Assembly: GCA_951406725.2 (NCBI GenBank)
Contig: OX597833.1
Span: 43,710,001 to 43,774,000, forward strand
Direction of reading: 5' to 3'
Length of the DNA: 64,000 nt
From: Octopus vulgaris
Taxonomy: Eukaryota
Shown: positions 1 to 13,543 of the stretch, piece after piece
Position numbering within the stretch: position 1 is the first letter of the stretch
Layout of the letters: every line of letters starts with the position of its first letter
Made by a program: the position numbers and the translations under genes
The notes under the pieces: generated by a model
What the model was told of the DNA's origin: nothing
The model's database searches: none
The model's input: only the letters and a program-made list of their open reading frames with translations

Positions 1-220
1 GCAAGAACCATGCATTATATTTATAGAGGCATCTGACATGCAATAATTTAAGGAGGTGAAGCACAGAATTTAAAATTTTTCTAATTTTTAATAAATTTTT
101 AAATTCCAAAAGGCATCAAAATTTTATATTTATGTTTCCTATTTTTGATAGCCACCACAAGAGCCCAGTTTTTGTTGTTGGGTGGGGGTTTGTGTGCCTC
201 AGTGACCCTGAGAAGAATTA

Positions 221-453
221 TACCTATTTCTTTACTACTCACAAGGGGCTAAACAGAGGGGACAAACAAGGACAGACAAACGGATTAAGTCGATTATATC
301 GACCCCAGTGAGTAACTGGTACTTATTTAATCGATCCCGAAAGGATGAAAGGCAAAGTCGACCTCGGCGGAATTTGAACTCAGAACGTAGCAGCAGACGA
401 AATATGGCTACGCATTTCGCCCGTCATGCTAACGTTTCTGCCAGCTCGCCGCC
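221..453 (-). mobile_element. tRNA-derived SINE family A (Nin/Deu-domain-like core)
   Basis: On the element's own strand: head GGCGGCGAGCTGGCAGAAACGTTAGC...GAGTTCAAATTCCGCC and core GCCTTTCATCCTTTCGGG..CGAT.AA.TAAGTACC. Flanked by a ~28-bp duplication TTTGTGTGCCTCAGTGACCCTGAGAAGA. Confidence 0.85.
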
Positions 454-1308
454 TTATTTGTGTGCCTCAGTGACCCTGAGAAGAGCTATACCAGCAAAGT
501 ACAACCTGCTGGTAGGGCCTCCAACGCCAGACAGGTCAAACTAGAGGCCAGACTAATATGGACCAACTCTTCCCAGAGGAAAAAACATGTTTGATGTAGG
601 GCCAATGCCTCGACCTAGAAAGAAAGCAATGTTACTCTAGCATTAAAGACAATTCAAAATCAACAAGACCTGGGGAAGAGGAAAACAGGCCAGAGTCAAG
701 AATAGTGAAAAAAAATCAGCAATGGTTCGTTCATGTTCTATAGGGAGCAAAGGGCCTAAAATAACTTATATTCATTCAAGTGTGTGTGTGTGCACGCTCG
801 TGTGTTTGCTTGCACTGGAAGTAGAGCAAAATATGTTCAATTCAAAGTTAGATTTCAAATATAATTTAAAAACAAAAAACAAATTGTTTTCTAAAATATT
901 CATTCAAGATTCAAATCGTAGCCATTAAAGAAAAATTTTAACTCACCCCCACCCCTTCAGTTATAAACAATTTTAACAAATTTAACAATTTCAAATTGTA
1001 AGCCTGATAAAATTAATGTTGTATATGAGCTGCACAAAGTTTAAAGGGGCATCATATAAGCAAAAGGTTAGCCCAAAAGTCTGGGCTTTTTGTTGACACT
1101 AAACTATGAGTAATCTAATAACCGGATAACCTTGTCCCATGAAATACTTGACACTTCAACATTGTTCAACACAAACTTGCAACAAGAAGTTATATTTTGT
1201 GTGCTTGGTATCAACCTGAGAATGGAGAACCAAGATGACTATTATGAACAGTTTGTCTTTTTATTTTAGAAAAGGCAAGAAAGCAGTGGGAACATGCAGG
1301 ATGATATA

Positions 1309-1697
1309 CTCTTTTACTTCTTTCAGTCATCTGACTGTGGCTATGCTGGAGCACTGCCTGTAATCGAGCAACTCGACCCCGGGACTTATTCTTTTGTAAG
1401 CCCAGTACTTATTCTATCGGTCTCTTTTGCCTAACCGCTAAGTAATGGGGACATAAACACACCAGCATCGGTTGTCAAGCAATGCTAGGGGACAAACACA
1501 GACACACAAACACACACACGCATACATATATATACGACAGGATTCTTTCAGTTTCCGTCTACCAAATCCACTCACAAGGCTTTGGTCGGCCCAAGGCTAT
1601 AGTAGAAGACACTTGCCCAAGGTGCCATGCAGTGGGACTGAACCCGGAACCATGTGGTTGGTAGATAAGCTACTTACCACACAGCCACTCCTGCGCC
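1309..1697 (-). mobile_element. tRNA-derived SINE family B
   Basis: Head GGCGCAGGAGTGGCTGTGTGGTAAG...GGTTCCGGGTTCAGTCCC, CTTGGGCAAGT motif, tail GGC.GTGCTCCAGCAT.GCC.CAGTC; many copies in the window. Confidence 0.85.
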
Positions 1698-2044
1698 TAT
1701 AATCTCCATATATATGTGCTATATATGGAGATTATGTGTGCATGTTCCACAAGTGGTTTTCAAGATTCTGATCGCAAAATTTTTCAGTTCTCAATCTGGC
1801 CAGCCAACTAAATTTAACAGCAACACCATACCCCATTAAACAACCAGAATGATTGCAGATATTTCCCAAATATTCAAATTGAGTGTTGAAAACCACCTGT
1901 ATCAATTTGATTACATCAGGAGCCTTGATGTTTTGGTCCCACATCAATTGAATGAGATAGTTTATTTAGGTGCCATGCTTTGTTGGTTAGCTGTAAGGTA
2001 CATTTAAACTTGTCATTACTGCTTCTACAAAAATATTTCTCTCT

Positions 2045-2352
2045 CTTTTATCTTTTGCTTGTTCTAGTCATTGGACTGTGGCCATCCTGGAGCACTGCCT
2101 TGACCAATGTAAGTCAAAACATTGATCCCTGTACTTATGTCTTAAGTCTGGTACTTATACAATCAGTCTCTGTGCCAAAATGCTAAGTTATGGGGATGTA
2201 AACATACTAATACTAGTCATCAAACAGTGGGTGGTAGGAACAGACACACATGCACACACACAGACACACACATACATGATAGGTTTCCATCTCCCAAATT
2301 CCTTCAGAATGCATTGATTAGCCTGGTGCTATAGTAGAAAACACCTGCCTAG
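2045..2352 (-). mobile_element. Degenerate SINE family B
   Basis: Diverged match to 1309-1697. Confidence 0.65.
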
Positions 2353-2365
2353 AAATCACATGACT

Positions 2366-2860
2366 GCCAGTCAGGGTGGCGCTGGCAACGGCCACGTTCG
2401 GAGGGTTCTCTTACGTACCACCGGCACTGGTATCACAGCTGCAATTTCCATTGATGTTGATCGATTTCGATTTTCACTTGCCTCAACAGGTCTTCACAAG
2501 TAGAGTTTTGTGTCACAAGAAGGAAAGGTATGCATCACGTTTGGATGGTTTTCTTATGTACCACCAGCACTGGTATCACAGCTGCAATTTCCATTGATGT
2601 TGATCGATTTCGATTTTCACTTGCCTCAACAGGTCTTCACAAGTAGGAAAGGTATGCATAAGTGGACTGGCCACATCCCATGTAGAGGCCACGGGTTATG
2701 GTCTCACTTGTCCTGCTGGGTCTTCTCACGCACAGCATACTTCCAAAGGTCTCGGTCTCTAGTCATTTCCTCAGCGAGACCTAAAGTTCGAAGGACGTGC
2801 TTCACCACCTTGTCCCAGGTTTTCCTGGGTCTGCCTCTTCCACGGGTTCCCTCAACCGTC
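2366..2860 (-). mobile_element. RTE LINE 3' fragment (ORF end + 3' UTR)
   Basis: Aligns by eye with 26690-27020 of the RTE copy (minus-strand GRGRPRKTWD..VKH.LRTLGL). Contains an internal ~140-bp duplication. Confidence 0.8.
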
Positions 2861-3421
2861 CCTCACATGTGCATATATATGATGGTTGTGGAGGCATCTA
2901 TGTCTAAGGTCTGGAAGTAGAAGGTGAGTTGTTCATGTATTCTGTTGAATACATTCATTGCCATCGATATGTATATCACTTCCTCTATTTGTGTTAATTC
3001 TGTAAGAGCAGCAATAGGGTTTTTATTTCATTATTGTTTGCCAAGCAATCATTTTTCCCAGTCATGTTGGTGAAGTACCAAAGTTGGTTTCTTTTCTTTA
3101 TACTCACCCCAGTGCTTTTTTATTCTTTCTGCTATGCTACGGTCCATTTCCACTATATAAGCTATGGTGGTGTTTTTGCATGTACCTTCCATGCATTTCT
3201 TATATAAACATTTCTGAGTTTACAATTTATCCTACAATTCATTTCACATTATGTACAGTAGTCCTTTTGGAAGATTATGTCTTACTTATCTGTAATCAAA
3301 TGGATCTGCTACAATTTTCAGCTACTTTAAGTTTCATTTTGTTTTATGATTTCCAGAATTTATATACTTGTTTACTATTAGGAGTAGCATCAATCAACAT
3401 TAATCCTTGGAATTTGTCATA

Positions 3422-4932
3422 TGAGGTGGTATCAAAAAAGTTCCCAGATGAGTTATGTTTAATAAAAACTAACTTATTTACCTTAGTTTTAATATGATCT
3501 CCTTTGAAGTAGTCATCTTGCACAGCAATATGCTGGTCCCAGCATTCTTGCCACCTTTGGAATCTGGCTTGGAAATCATTTTCCATATGAGAATCGAATA
3601 CCTTCTGAGATTGGCTCTTGATCTCAACAACAGTGTAAAAATAGTTACTTTTGAGCAGCATTTTCATCTTGGGGAGGAGATGGAAGTCTACAGGTGCTAA
3701 ATCTGGTGTACAAGATCTGGTGGATAGGACGGGTGCAGAAGCAAAATCATATTGTTTTTGGTGAGAAACTCATCAGTTAAGAGAACTCAGTGACAGGGTG
3801 CACTGTCGTCATGAAGAACCTAATTCTTTGCGCTCCACAGATCCAGTTGCTTTTGCTGAATGCCCTCCCTCAAATACTTCAAAATGTTGCAGTAGAACTC
3901 TCAATTGACAGTCTGAGCATGGGGGAATGAATTCTCAATGCACAATACCACAGATGTCAAAAAAAAAAAAAGAAACAAGCATGCTCTTGATCGAGTTGTA
4001 GCTCTGTCGTGCCTTCTTCTGTCACAGTGATGAAGGGCAGTTCCACTGTGACAACTGCTCTTTCATCTCAGGCTTGTACTCGTAGACTCAACTCTTGTCA
4101 CCGGTGATAATCCTCGACATGCTGATGGAGATCTCAAAAGACTTTGATGCGATGTTCTTTCTGATCAGTGGTCAGCAGGTGGGGGACAAACTTGGCAGAG
4201 ACATGCTGCATGTTCATTTCAGACATTAGGATAGCCTACAGAATCCACATGAGAGACCAACAACATCAGGAATGTCACTGATTGTCCTCCTGTGATCCTC
4301 ATATACAAGCTGATGAATTTTCTCAACATTTCTGGGGATGATGCTTGTGGCAGGTTTTCCAGATTGCTCGTCGTCTTCCCAGGACATTCTTTTGCTTCTA
4401 AAGCAACTGTGCCACTCAAAACATTGTGTATGACCCATTGTCTCATTGTTGTAAGCTTGCCAAAGCATGCTCAATGTAGCAGACTTCTGAAGTTTAATGC
4501 AAAATTTCACATTGGCTCTTTGTTCCAACTTGCTGTCCTTGACAAAATCACAGACTTCAGCATACACTTGATCACAAAAACAGAAATTTCACAACTTGCA
4601 AAGTAAACAGCACACTTATTTCTTCATTGCCCACCAGGGGCTAAACATAGAGGAGACAAACAAGGACAGACAAAGGGATTAAGTCAATTACATCGACCCC
4701 AGTGCGACCCCCGAAAGGATGAAAGGCAAAGTCGACCTCGGCGGAATTTGAACTCAGAACGTAACGGCAGACGAAATACGGCTACGCATTTCGCCCGGCA
4801 TGCTAACGATTCTGCCAGCTCGCCACACAGCTTAATGAAGGTCACTGCTAGCTCTCAATGCACACACAACTATCTGCTGTCATCTGTTGGTGCACTTCAG
4901 AACCAGTCCAGAAACTTTTTGATTCCACCTCG
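3422..4932 (-). mobile_element. mariner transposon with decayed transposase, interrupted by a SINE
   Basis: TA|TGAGGTGGTATCAAAAAAGTTCC...GAAACTTTTTGATTCCACCTCG|TA terminal inverted repeats. Transposase fragments EQRANVKFCIKL and FQRWQECWDQHIAVQDDYFKGD. Confidence 0.85.
4617..4825 (-). mobile_element. SINE family A nested in mariner
   Basis: Match to 221-453 with an internal deletion. Confidence 0.8.
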
Positions 4933-5187
4933 TAGAAGGAGTTGTTTACCTAACCTACTTTCTTATTCTTTTTAATCTAGTCTATGACCTGCTACAGATC
5001 TTCAATAACCAGGCAGTAGCTCAAAACACTTTGCAAGAATTCATCAATTGCAAAACTTCAAAATTCTATATTACTGGAATATATAGATAGGTTTTTTTGT
5101 TAGCAAAAATGTCCAAATTATAACAGTTATTATTTCAATAAAATTAGTTCAAAGCTGAGATACACTGCTTTGAATATGATGGTTTAA

Positions 5188-5411
5188 CCCTTTAGATTAG
5201 TTTAAACCAGCCATATCCGGCCAAAAATATTCTACTTGTTTTATGTTCAAACTGGCCAGAACTGGTCTCTCACACCAACCCTACAATATCGTTTTAAAAA
5301 TTAACAGCTACCTCATCAAAATCTCATAGCTACAAGGTAATGCATGATTCATTCAAAACAATGTAGATGAAGAAGCATTAATTTTGGCAGAATAATGCGA
5401 ACACTAAAGGG
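5188..5411. mobile_element. piggyBac-like MITE
   Basis: TTAA|CCCTTTAG...CTAAAGGG|TTAA; a homologous copy in the opposite orientation lies at 18573-18791. Confidence 0.75.
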
Positions 5412-6512
5412 TTAAAGACAATTATTTTTACCCCACACTGATAAAAGGTTGGTTTCTTATTTATTACTAATTTAGTTTACATTCTCCTTACATTTGCTAT
5501 AGTTATCCTTGATTCTTTCTGTAAATTCACTTTATGATTTTCAATTTTGGAGTTGAACCCTTTAACTAATTTTCCTAGTTAGTGCAATTTGAATCCTCAC
5601 AAAAGCAACACTACTTTAAGGTTTGCTATGCTTTGATAAATGACCTTGAATATTATTTGTGATGATGGTTATTTTTGCTGTTTAGCACCAGTTCTGCCAT
5701 CAAAGATATTCCATCCATAATCATCTTGTCTTTAATTCATGTAAAATAGGATCATATTATACAAATGCTCATTGCTTTCTAGATATTGGGGTATAATTTG
5801 AGGGGAAATTGAGTAGCCCTTTCTAGTACATAAAGTAACCACATAGAGGACACTCTGGGTGATGGTGGCTGTAGTAAAAATGGTGATGAGGATGATGATG
5901 CCAGTTGTTTTTTAGCTCTATGCTGTTAACTGATTGAGCAGACTTATGATCTAAGGTGTTCTAGCCATGACATCTCAATCACTTTTTCAGATATAGTGTG
6001 GGGAAGATGACATTGTGCAACGTATGTTTCCTTTAAGACTAAAAAAGGCATGACCTGAGTGAGATCTGACTGCTGTTTAAGTAGGCTGAGTGACCACACA
6101 AATGTTTCCTTGATAGTGGATGTGATAATGAGGGTGTCGAGGGAGTAAAAATGATGATGGTGATTAAACATGAATATAAATTTATGTGTACAAATATACC
6201 TGTCCATGGAAGTACAGGTATATGCATATGCTTATTCAAGTATGTGCATAAACAGGTATTCATGTGCACAGACACATACATACATACATACAGAAGCAGA
6301 TGTTCACACTTGCAAAAAATGACTGCACATACATTTGTAAAAACAAACACACAAACATGCATAAACACATGCAAAAGTATAAAAGTACAAAAAATATGGA
6401 ATCGAACTCGTGTATGCACACATGCATAGTGACAATGTAGGAGCTGCCTGCATCTATAAAAAAGAAAATTAGAGTAAACAATGTAAAAGAAAGAAAATTT
6501 GTTTGCTTTTAC

Positions 6513-6824
6513 CTGGGATGGAGAATGTATGGGAACGGCTTTCTGAAAATATTGTACAGGTGATGGTTGTATTGCTGCTGTCTCTAATTGTCACATTGTA
6601 CCTATAATCAGATTTTACTGTAGTATAACAATTGCTACTTTTTGGCACTTGTACTCTTCTGTCTTCTGATTCTACCCCATCTATATTGTTACCACGATTT
6701 ACAGTCCATCTGAAGTTGACAGAACTTTCAGATGATGCAACATCTGCATCACATGTGAAGGTAGATATCTGGTTCTCCTCAGGCGGTGGGAAGGGTTCTC
6801 GCAAACTCCTTATAGAAGATTTCA
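6513..6824 (-). CDS. Intact Ig-like domain exon (phase 1-1, 312 nt)
   Basis: Acceptor tttctttacag|, donor CCAG|GTAAAA. Encodes VKSSIRSLREPFPPPEENQISTFTCDADVASSESSVNFRWTV...TTITCTIFSESRSHTFSIP with Ig C..W..C spacing and NxT/S sequons. Confidence 0.8.
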
Positions 6825-6945
6825 CTGTAAAGAAATGTAAGAAATTATATACCATCATCATCATTTTACATATGCTCATCAATCTGGCATGGGTTGGATA
6901 CTAACATATGTAAATCATAAGACAATAATCCTCACAATATAATAT

Positions 6946-7174
6946 GTATTTCCTTACTACCCACAAGGGGCTAAACACAGAGGGGACAAATAAGGACAGA
7001 CAAACAGATTAAGTCGATTACATCGACCCCAGTGAACTGGTACTTAATTTATCGGCCCCAAAAGGATGAAAGGCAAAGTCGACCTCGGCGGAATTTGAAC
7101 TCAGAACGTAGCGGCAGACAAAATACCGCTAAGCATTTCGCCCGGCATGCTAACGTTTCTGCCAGCTCGCTGCC
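6946..7174 (-). mobile_element. SINE family A
   Basis: Match to 221-453. Confidence 0.85.
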
Positions 7175-7474
7175 TTATAATATAATATGGTTACACCGAC
7201 ACAATGTTCATACAATATAAAGCTAAAATGTTTGACATCACTCAAACTATCTGAAATGCTGTTATACAATGTGAGCAGCTGCTTCCTAGCTTTCAAATAA
7301 CTTTATAGCTCCAACCAAGGTGGAACAGAGCTTAAGACTACATAAACACAAGAACGACACATACACACCTAGTCATTTATGTATGATTGTGTACACCAAC
7401 ACACACACATAGGCATGTGCATGTATGTACATGTGTACTCATATAACACACATGTAAATAGAACATGTACATAC

Positions 7475-7860
7475 ATCATCATCATCATCATCATCATCAT
7501 TTAGCGTCCGCTTTCCATGCTAGCATGGGTTGGACGGTTCAACTGGGGTCTGGGATGCCAGAAGGCTGCACCAGGCCCAGTCTGATCTGGCAATGTTTCT
7601 ACGGCTGGATGCCCTTCCTAACGCCAACCACTCCATGAGTGTAGTCAGTGCTTTTTACGTGCCACCGGCACAGCTGCCAGACGGGGCTGGCAAACGGCCA
7701 CGGTCAGATGGTGCTTTTTACGTGCCACTGGCACAGGGGCCAGGCGAGGCTGGCAAACAGCCATGATTGGATGGTGCATTTTACGTGCCACTGGCACGAG
7801 GGCCAGGCGAGGCTGGCAATGGCCATGATTGGATGGTGCTTTTTACGTGCCACCAGCACG
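7475..7860 (-). mobile_element. RTE LINE 3' terminus with (GAT)n tail and ~55-60-bp subrepeats
   Basis: (CAT)n followed by TTTAGCGTCCGCTTTCCATGCTAGCATGGG...GGATGCCCTTCCTAACGCC, the same as 24527-24700. Confidence 0.8.
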
Positions 7861-8496
7861 AGCTATACACATGTACAATATCTTCAAATAGTATATTAGT
7901 GGAAAATCAGTCAAATGTCACCCATTCTTCACTAATTTACGACCATAGGGCAACTTCAATTCAACAACACAAACTAAGAAATTACTTTGTCAACTTTATT
8001 GTTGTTTACAGTGATTAATTATTTCTCATCCATGGTAGCTATTTTCAGTAAGGTAAGCGAGTTATTCACAAGTTGCATTTCTGGGGCTGCCTGACAGGTG
8101 ACGGTCGTTTAGAAAAAGCGTGGGCTAAAACTACGTGTCTTCACTAGTCAGTTAAGGTGAGACAGTGTCATGTGACAACTTGCTGGGGCTGCCTGCTGGA
8201 GCCTATGCGACAGGTATTTAAAGGGAAAAATTTGACAAGAGAGTAAGTCACTGGCTGACACTCGCTGACAATACATCGAAGAGGCCAGGGAACAGAAGAA
8301 AGAAGACATGCACCCAACACCAGAGCTGAAGACACCTCCAAAAGGGGGGGGTGCCACATCAAAACGGTAGAGGAGTAGGGGCCGAAACCGGATGTGGTTC
8401 CTCCTGATGATGTCTTGAGCTAACTGGATCCTATAAAGGAGCTGTTGTGGTAGCAGACCACGAAACACGGTTGTAATTCCTTGGCTACAGATCTTT

Positions 8497-8872
8497 TATC
8501 TTTTGCTTGTTTCTTGTTTCTTCAGAGTGCAGCCATGCTGAGGCAGTACCTTGAAGAAATCTCAGTACTTATTTCTTTTTCTTAAAGCCCGGTACTTATT
8601 CTACTGGTCTCACTTGCCAAACCCCTAAACCACAGGAAAGTAAACACACCAACAACAGTTGTCAAGCAATGGTAGAGGGACAAACAGACACACATGCAGA
8701 CATATATTTACATATACATTGAACTTCTTTCAGTGTCCCTCTACCAAACCCACTCACAAGCCTTTGGTTGGCCTGAAGCTATACCTCAAGACATTTGCCC
8801 CAGGTGCAACACAGTGAGACTGAACCTAGAAGCATAAGGTTGAGAAGCAAACTTCTTACCACACAGCCACAT
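8497..8872 (-). mobile_element. Degenerate SINE family B
   Basis: Diverged match to 1309-1697. Confidence 0.7.
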
Positions 8873-9799
8873 CTAAAGTTTTGATGACACATATTGATTT
8901 AACTCTCCATGGTGTTACTTGTGCTATACATAAAGATATAAAGAAAGCTATTTAAGTACCTACAATTGTCAGGTTTCTGAACTTTAAACAGTGAGTCATG
9001 TAGCTCTATAATGCTGATAATGAAAATTTGGTCAATAACTTATGCAGGCTTCAGGTAACTGATAATGGACAGTGATTCCAATAGAATCTCCAAACTAGAA
9101 ATAAATGTCACTAATGCAATGAAATAAACCCATCAATTAAAGTTAACTTAGTGCTAGATGGTGCAGCAAGCAAGCATTATTTTGAAATGTCTATTTCAGG
9201 TAATGTCAATAGATATTTCCTAGACCTTCAGGTAGGTCTTACCAGGTTGAAGGGTAAGAGACAGATAAAACCTTAACAATAATAAATCAAAACGTCAGCA
9301 GCAGGGCGTGCATTTAGTTATCAGCAGGACCTAACAGATCAGATTCCTGGCTTTGAACTAGCAGGATGTTATGCAGAGGATCTTGAATACAAGACAATGA
9401 TTGAGACCATAATATTTCTAGTTAGATGGAAACTGCAGGACCACATGGAGCAGTACCCTGTGACTCTTATAGTATGTGCAACCCAAAACCCCATATGGAG
9501 TGACCTATGGGACAACCTAGATAAGATACATGATGAAATTAATGCCTCAGAAGACACCAAAGTGAAACCAATGCTTGAACTAGAAATGACCAAATGACCA
9601 ATAGAGGAAATATCAAGCATGCATCAGTCTCTGAATTGGAAATCAAACAAGGCTTTGATGACAATAAAATTTTTCAGACTGGTTTGTCTCATACTTTTAT
9701 GCAGCAACCAAAGGACATGGTGGGGCAGGGTGTAAGATTGAATCTAAGGCATTCTTGGTGATTAATAATGCTCCACACCACTACAAGTATTGTGACATC

Positions 9800-10110
9800 T
9801 TTCAGAACTACACTTCTGTCAAAGCAACTTATCTACTACCATACACTGACTTCTCTAAATTCCGTCTTCCAAAATTCACTTGTCTCTGATGAAAAATACT
9901 CTTCCACTACTGTTCTGACCTCATCTACAGAATTTATAATTTTTCTGTCCAAATGATTTTGAGGACTGTGGAATAACTGATAATCAGATGGGGAAATTTC
10001 TGGCAAATATGGTGGGTGGGGCATCGTTTCCCATTCAAAGTGCTCCAACCTTTGGAATGTCTGATTCACAGTATGTGGCCAAGCATTATCCTGATGGAAG
10101 AATACCTCTT
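9800..10110 (-). mobile_element. mariner transposase fragment
   Basis: FFHQDNAWPH...MPHPPYLPEISPSDYQLF (mariner HDNA/YSPDLAP-type motifs). Confidence 0.8.
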
Positions 10111-10111
10111 G

Positions 10112-10870
10112 TCTTATGTACATTTGACGGATATTTGTCCACATTTTGTTTGTTGTTAACACAATGTTTTGGCTTATATACTCTCCAGCCTTCATCAGGT
10201 GTCTTGGGGAAATTTCGAACCTGGGTTCTCATTCCTAAGGTATTTTTCGATATTATTATTATTATTATTATTCAGGTCACTGCCTCAAATCAAACTCAGA
10301 ATCTTGGGGTTAGTAGCCTGCACTCTTAACCACTAAGCTATATGCCCGCAGGCAATTATGGAGTGAATTTTAGGGCATATAAATCTAATATTTTCCTATC
10401 CTTTCTTAATACCAGTTCCCATATGCTATTAATATCTGCACTCGGTCTGCTTAGGAGGTTGTTGTGTCTAGCATATGTGCTGCTTCTTTTAGTTTTTGTA
10501 TTTTCTAGTGGTGCTCTCCATCTATTATTTTAACTTCATCCCACAGGGGGAGGTGGTCTCTATTTATCCATACATGATCAGCTATACCCGATTTATCAAT
10601 ATCTCCTCATGTCACAGCTTTGCGATGTTCCTCTCTCTTTATTTTGAGAGGATGGCATGTTTCACCTTTGTATAACCTACCACAGTTGCATGGGATGGAG
10701 TACATGCAGTTTTTGGTCATATTCTCTTGTATTGGTGGTTTTACTCGAAGGAGATATTTGCGAAGTGTTGTATTACTCTTGAATACTGTCCTGATGTCAT
10801 ATGGGCTGCACATCTCTTGTATCTTTTCAGAGAGGCCTTTCACATAGGGTAGACTGAAGACAGTTTCTTG
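10112..10870 (-). mobile_element. Penelope-like element 3' fragment (Poseidon-like GIY-YIG)
   Basis: LPYVKGLSEKI...YSIPCNCGRLYKGET...EH. A decayed hammerhead-like motif CTGATGAAGGCT..AGCCAAAAC lies at ~10163-10199. Confidence 0.75.
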
Positions 10871-11192
10871 GTTCCATTGCATTGTTGCCTTTATTGAACT
10901 CATAAAGCAAAATATGCCGAATATTTTGAACAAATAACTTAAAATCGAACTGCACTCTTCAAAATTTGCACTAAGAATAAGGACAAAGTAAAATTACTAC
11001 CTGCTTTTACAGCAAGTTGATGCAGGTAGTTTATTCCGTCTCCCTCTGACTTTTAGTTCATGCAATTGAAAAAACAGCATTACTTATGGGATGACCCAAT
11101 ATATAGCTCATAAATGAGAATCAAATATTCTCCCTATAAATTTCACTTAGTAGTGCTCAAGGTTTAAACTTGAGTAGGTAGAGGAATAAATG

Positions 11193-11740
11193 AAAGGATA
11201 AGCAAGTTAGGCAGGTTGATATGCAAAGTATATTGAATACATGAAATACAAAAAATGTATATGTTTACATACAAAAAGGCCCGGCTTACACAGAATGGAA
11301 ACGATATCAAGAATTAAAAGGATTGAAGAAAGATATTACAAATTCTACAGCTGTTTCTGGGGGCTCAGTAGTCCAAAAAAATGTTTGTAAATTGATTCCA
11401 TCATTGATGAGATGAGCCTCTGTCTTCAGAGAGGAGATCTTGATAGATTCCATCTTTGAACTTCATTCTGTCAACACCACAAATCTAAGATCTTTTCCTT
11501 GAAGACAGAGGCTCATCTCATCTGACGATGAAATTCATTTACAAGCTTCATCCGGAACAACCGGGCCCCCAGAAACAGCTATTGGACTTTATAATATTTT
11601 TCCTCAACACCTTTAATTCTTGGTATCATTTGTATTCTATGTAAGTTGGTTGTTTTTGTATATAAACATATACATTTTTTTATATTTCATGAATTTAATA
11701 TACTTTGTATATAAAGCTGCCTAACTTGCTTATCCTTACA
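11193..11740. repeat. Old diverged inverted repeat (~260-bp arms) with hammerhead-like motifs
   Basis: AAGGATAAGCAAGTTAGGCAG...GAGATGAGCCTCTGTCTTCA is mirrored by TGAAGACAGAGGCTCATCTC...CTGCCTAACTTGCTTATCCTT, with many substitutions. Confidence 0.85.
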
Positions 11741-11794
11741 TTTACTTATATATATATATATGTATATATATATATACACACACATACATACATA

Positions 11795-12130
11795 CACAAG
11801 GGGGTTCTCAAAAGAAAACAGAATTTTGCAAATATTGTTTTATTCAGTAATATGTTTACGCTTTTATCGCTTTCAAAGTATTCTCCATTTGAAGCAATGT
11901 AACGGTCCAGACACATTTTCCACTGTTCAAAGCTGCCCTGGAACTCTTGCAAAGTGATGCTTTTTAACATCTCCACCATTTTTTTTTATCTCTTCCACAT
12001 CTACAAATTCCATAACACCAAATTTCGTCACCAGTGATGATCTTTGGAAAAGGGTCTGGATCAACTTCCAGCTGTTCTTTCGGTTCACAACACACATTCA
12101 GTCATGACTCCTTTTGATGTGGGTCACAAT
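11795..12130 (-). mobile_element. mariner fragment
   Basis: LKSITLQEFQGSFEQWKMCLDRYIASNGEYFE is a mariner transposase C-terminus, next to a TIR-like end. Confidence 0.7.
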
Positions 12131-12148
12131 TTAAAGATTGTATATAAA

Positions 12149-12935
12149 CAGGGCTTGGACAAAATAATAGAAACACCTAGCATCATAGCATCATAATTTT
12201 GAAATATCTATAAAACCGTCAAAAGCTTGTTCATTTTTATGTTTTTTTGATTTATAATTAGTACTGCTTAATATGTTTTGCTAAAATTGCTGTTTCTTTT
12301 CAGATATCATCAAAAAAATGTAATTAAAATTCATTAAAATGACAGATCTATCAAACTTACACTGAGGTCAAACTGTTGGTGCAAGCACAATGAAAACAGC
12401 CAAAATGTTTGGTGTATCAAGAAGTATTGTCTCGAAAGTAATGACCGCCTTTGAGAATGAGAGAAAAACCTCCTCGTAGAAACAAATATTGCAAAGCGTT
12501 TAGAGTGGAGTAAAAACCTACAGAATTGGTCCCTAGAGCAGTGGAAGAGTGTTCTTTTCTTGGACGAGTCATCCTTTACCTTATTTCCAACCACTGGCTG
12601 AGTATATGTGCGGAGAAAGCCAAAAGAAGCATTTGTCCCAGACTGCCTTCTTCCAACTGTTAAACATGGAAGAGGATCTGTGATGATCTGGGGGACTATA
12701 TCTTGGAAATCTGCCAGCCCAATGGTTTCCCTGCATGACAGAATTAATAGTCAAGACTATTTAAGCATTTTATCTGATCAAATTCATCTTATGGATACAG
12801 GATTGTTCCCGGAGGGAAACACAATCTCTCAGGATGATAATGCACCAATTCACACAGCTAAAGTTGTTACTGAAAGGCACAAGGAACATTCTTGTGAAGC
12901 TGAACATCTTATCTGGCCACCACAGTCCCCAGAGA
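12149..12935 (+). mobile_element. Tc1 transposon fragment
   Basis: CAGGGCTTGGACAAAATAAT.GAAACACC end. Transposase motifs WKSVLFLDES, PTVKHGRGSVMIWG, QDDNAPIH, WPPQSP. Confidence 0.85.
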
Positions 12936-13322
12936 TCTATTGCAAAATGTTTGCCTCCTTGGCAGAGTCAGAATTATCAAGCAAGTACTAGATTATGGAA
13001 AAGAACAAATAGAGACCTGTATGTTATAGGTAGCAAGCCTACTACTCTTGCAAGATTCCAGGAGTTACAACAAAACCCAAGTTAAAAGATTAGTAATATT
13101 AATAATTCTTTCTACTATAATCACAAGACTTGAAATTTTTAAGTGACGGGGCCAGCTCATTACAGCAACTCCAGTGTGAAACTGGTTCTTATTTTATCGA
13201 CCTCAAAAGGATGGAAAGCAAAGATGACCCCAGTGGAACTTGAGCTTAGTATGTAAAAAGCCAGAAGAAATATTAAGCACTTTGTCCGTTACGGTAACAA
13301 TTCTGTCAGCTCACTGCCTTAA

Positions 13323-13543
13323 CCCTTTTGTTACCAATCCGGCTGAAACCAGCTCTGGCCCTGTATTACAAATATCTTGTTTTCAAAAGTTCTGAATTAA
13401 AATCTTCCACCAAACCTTAGTCACAGTTTATGTTCTTAACACTAACTTAATGATAACTAAGTTATTTTACTAAATTATTTGTTATATTTAAAATAATAGA
13501 AAGAAACACAAAGCATCTCAAAATAAATACAGTAACAAAAAGG
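13323..13543. mobile_element. piggyBac-like MITE
   Basis: TTAA|CCCTTTTGTTAC...GTAACAAAAAGG|TTAA. Confidence 0.7.

Noticed and set aside
9369-9620. Short ORFs on both strands
   Set aside because: No recognisable motif; probably decayed repeat.
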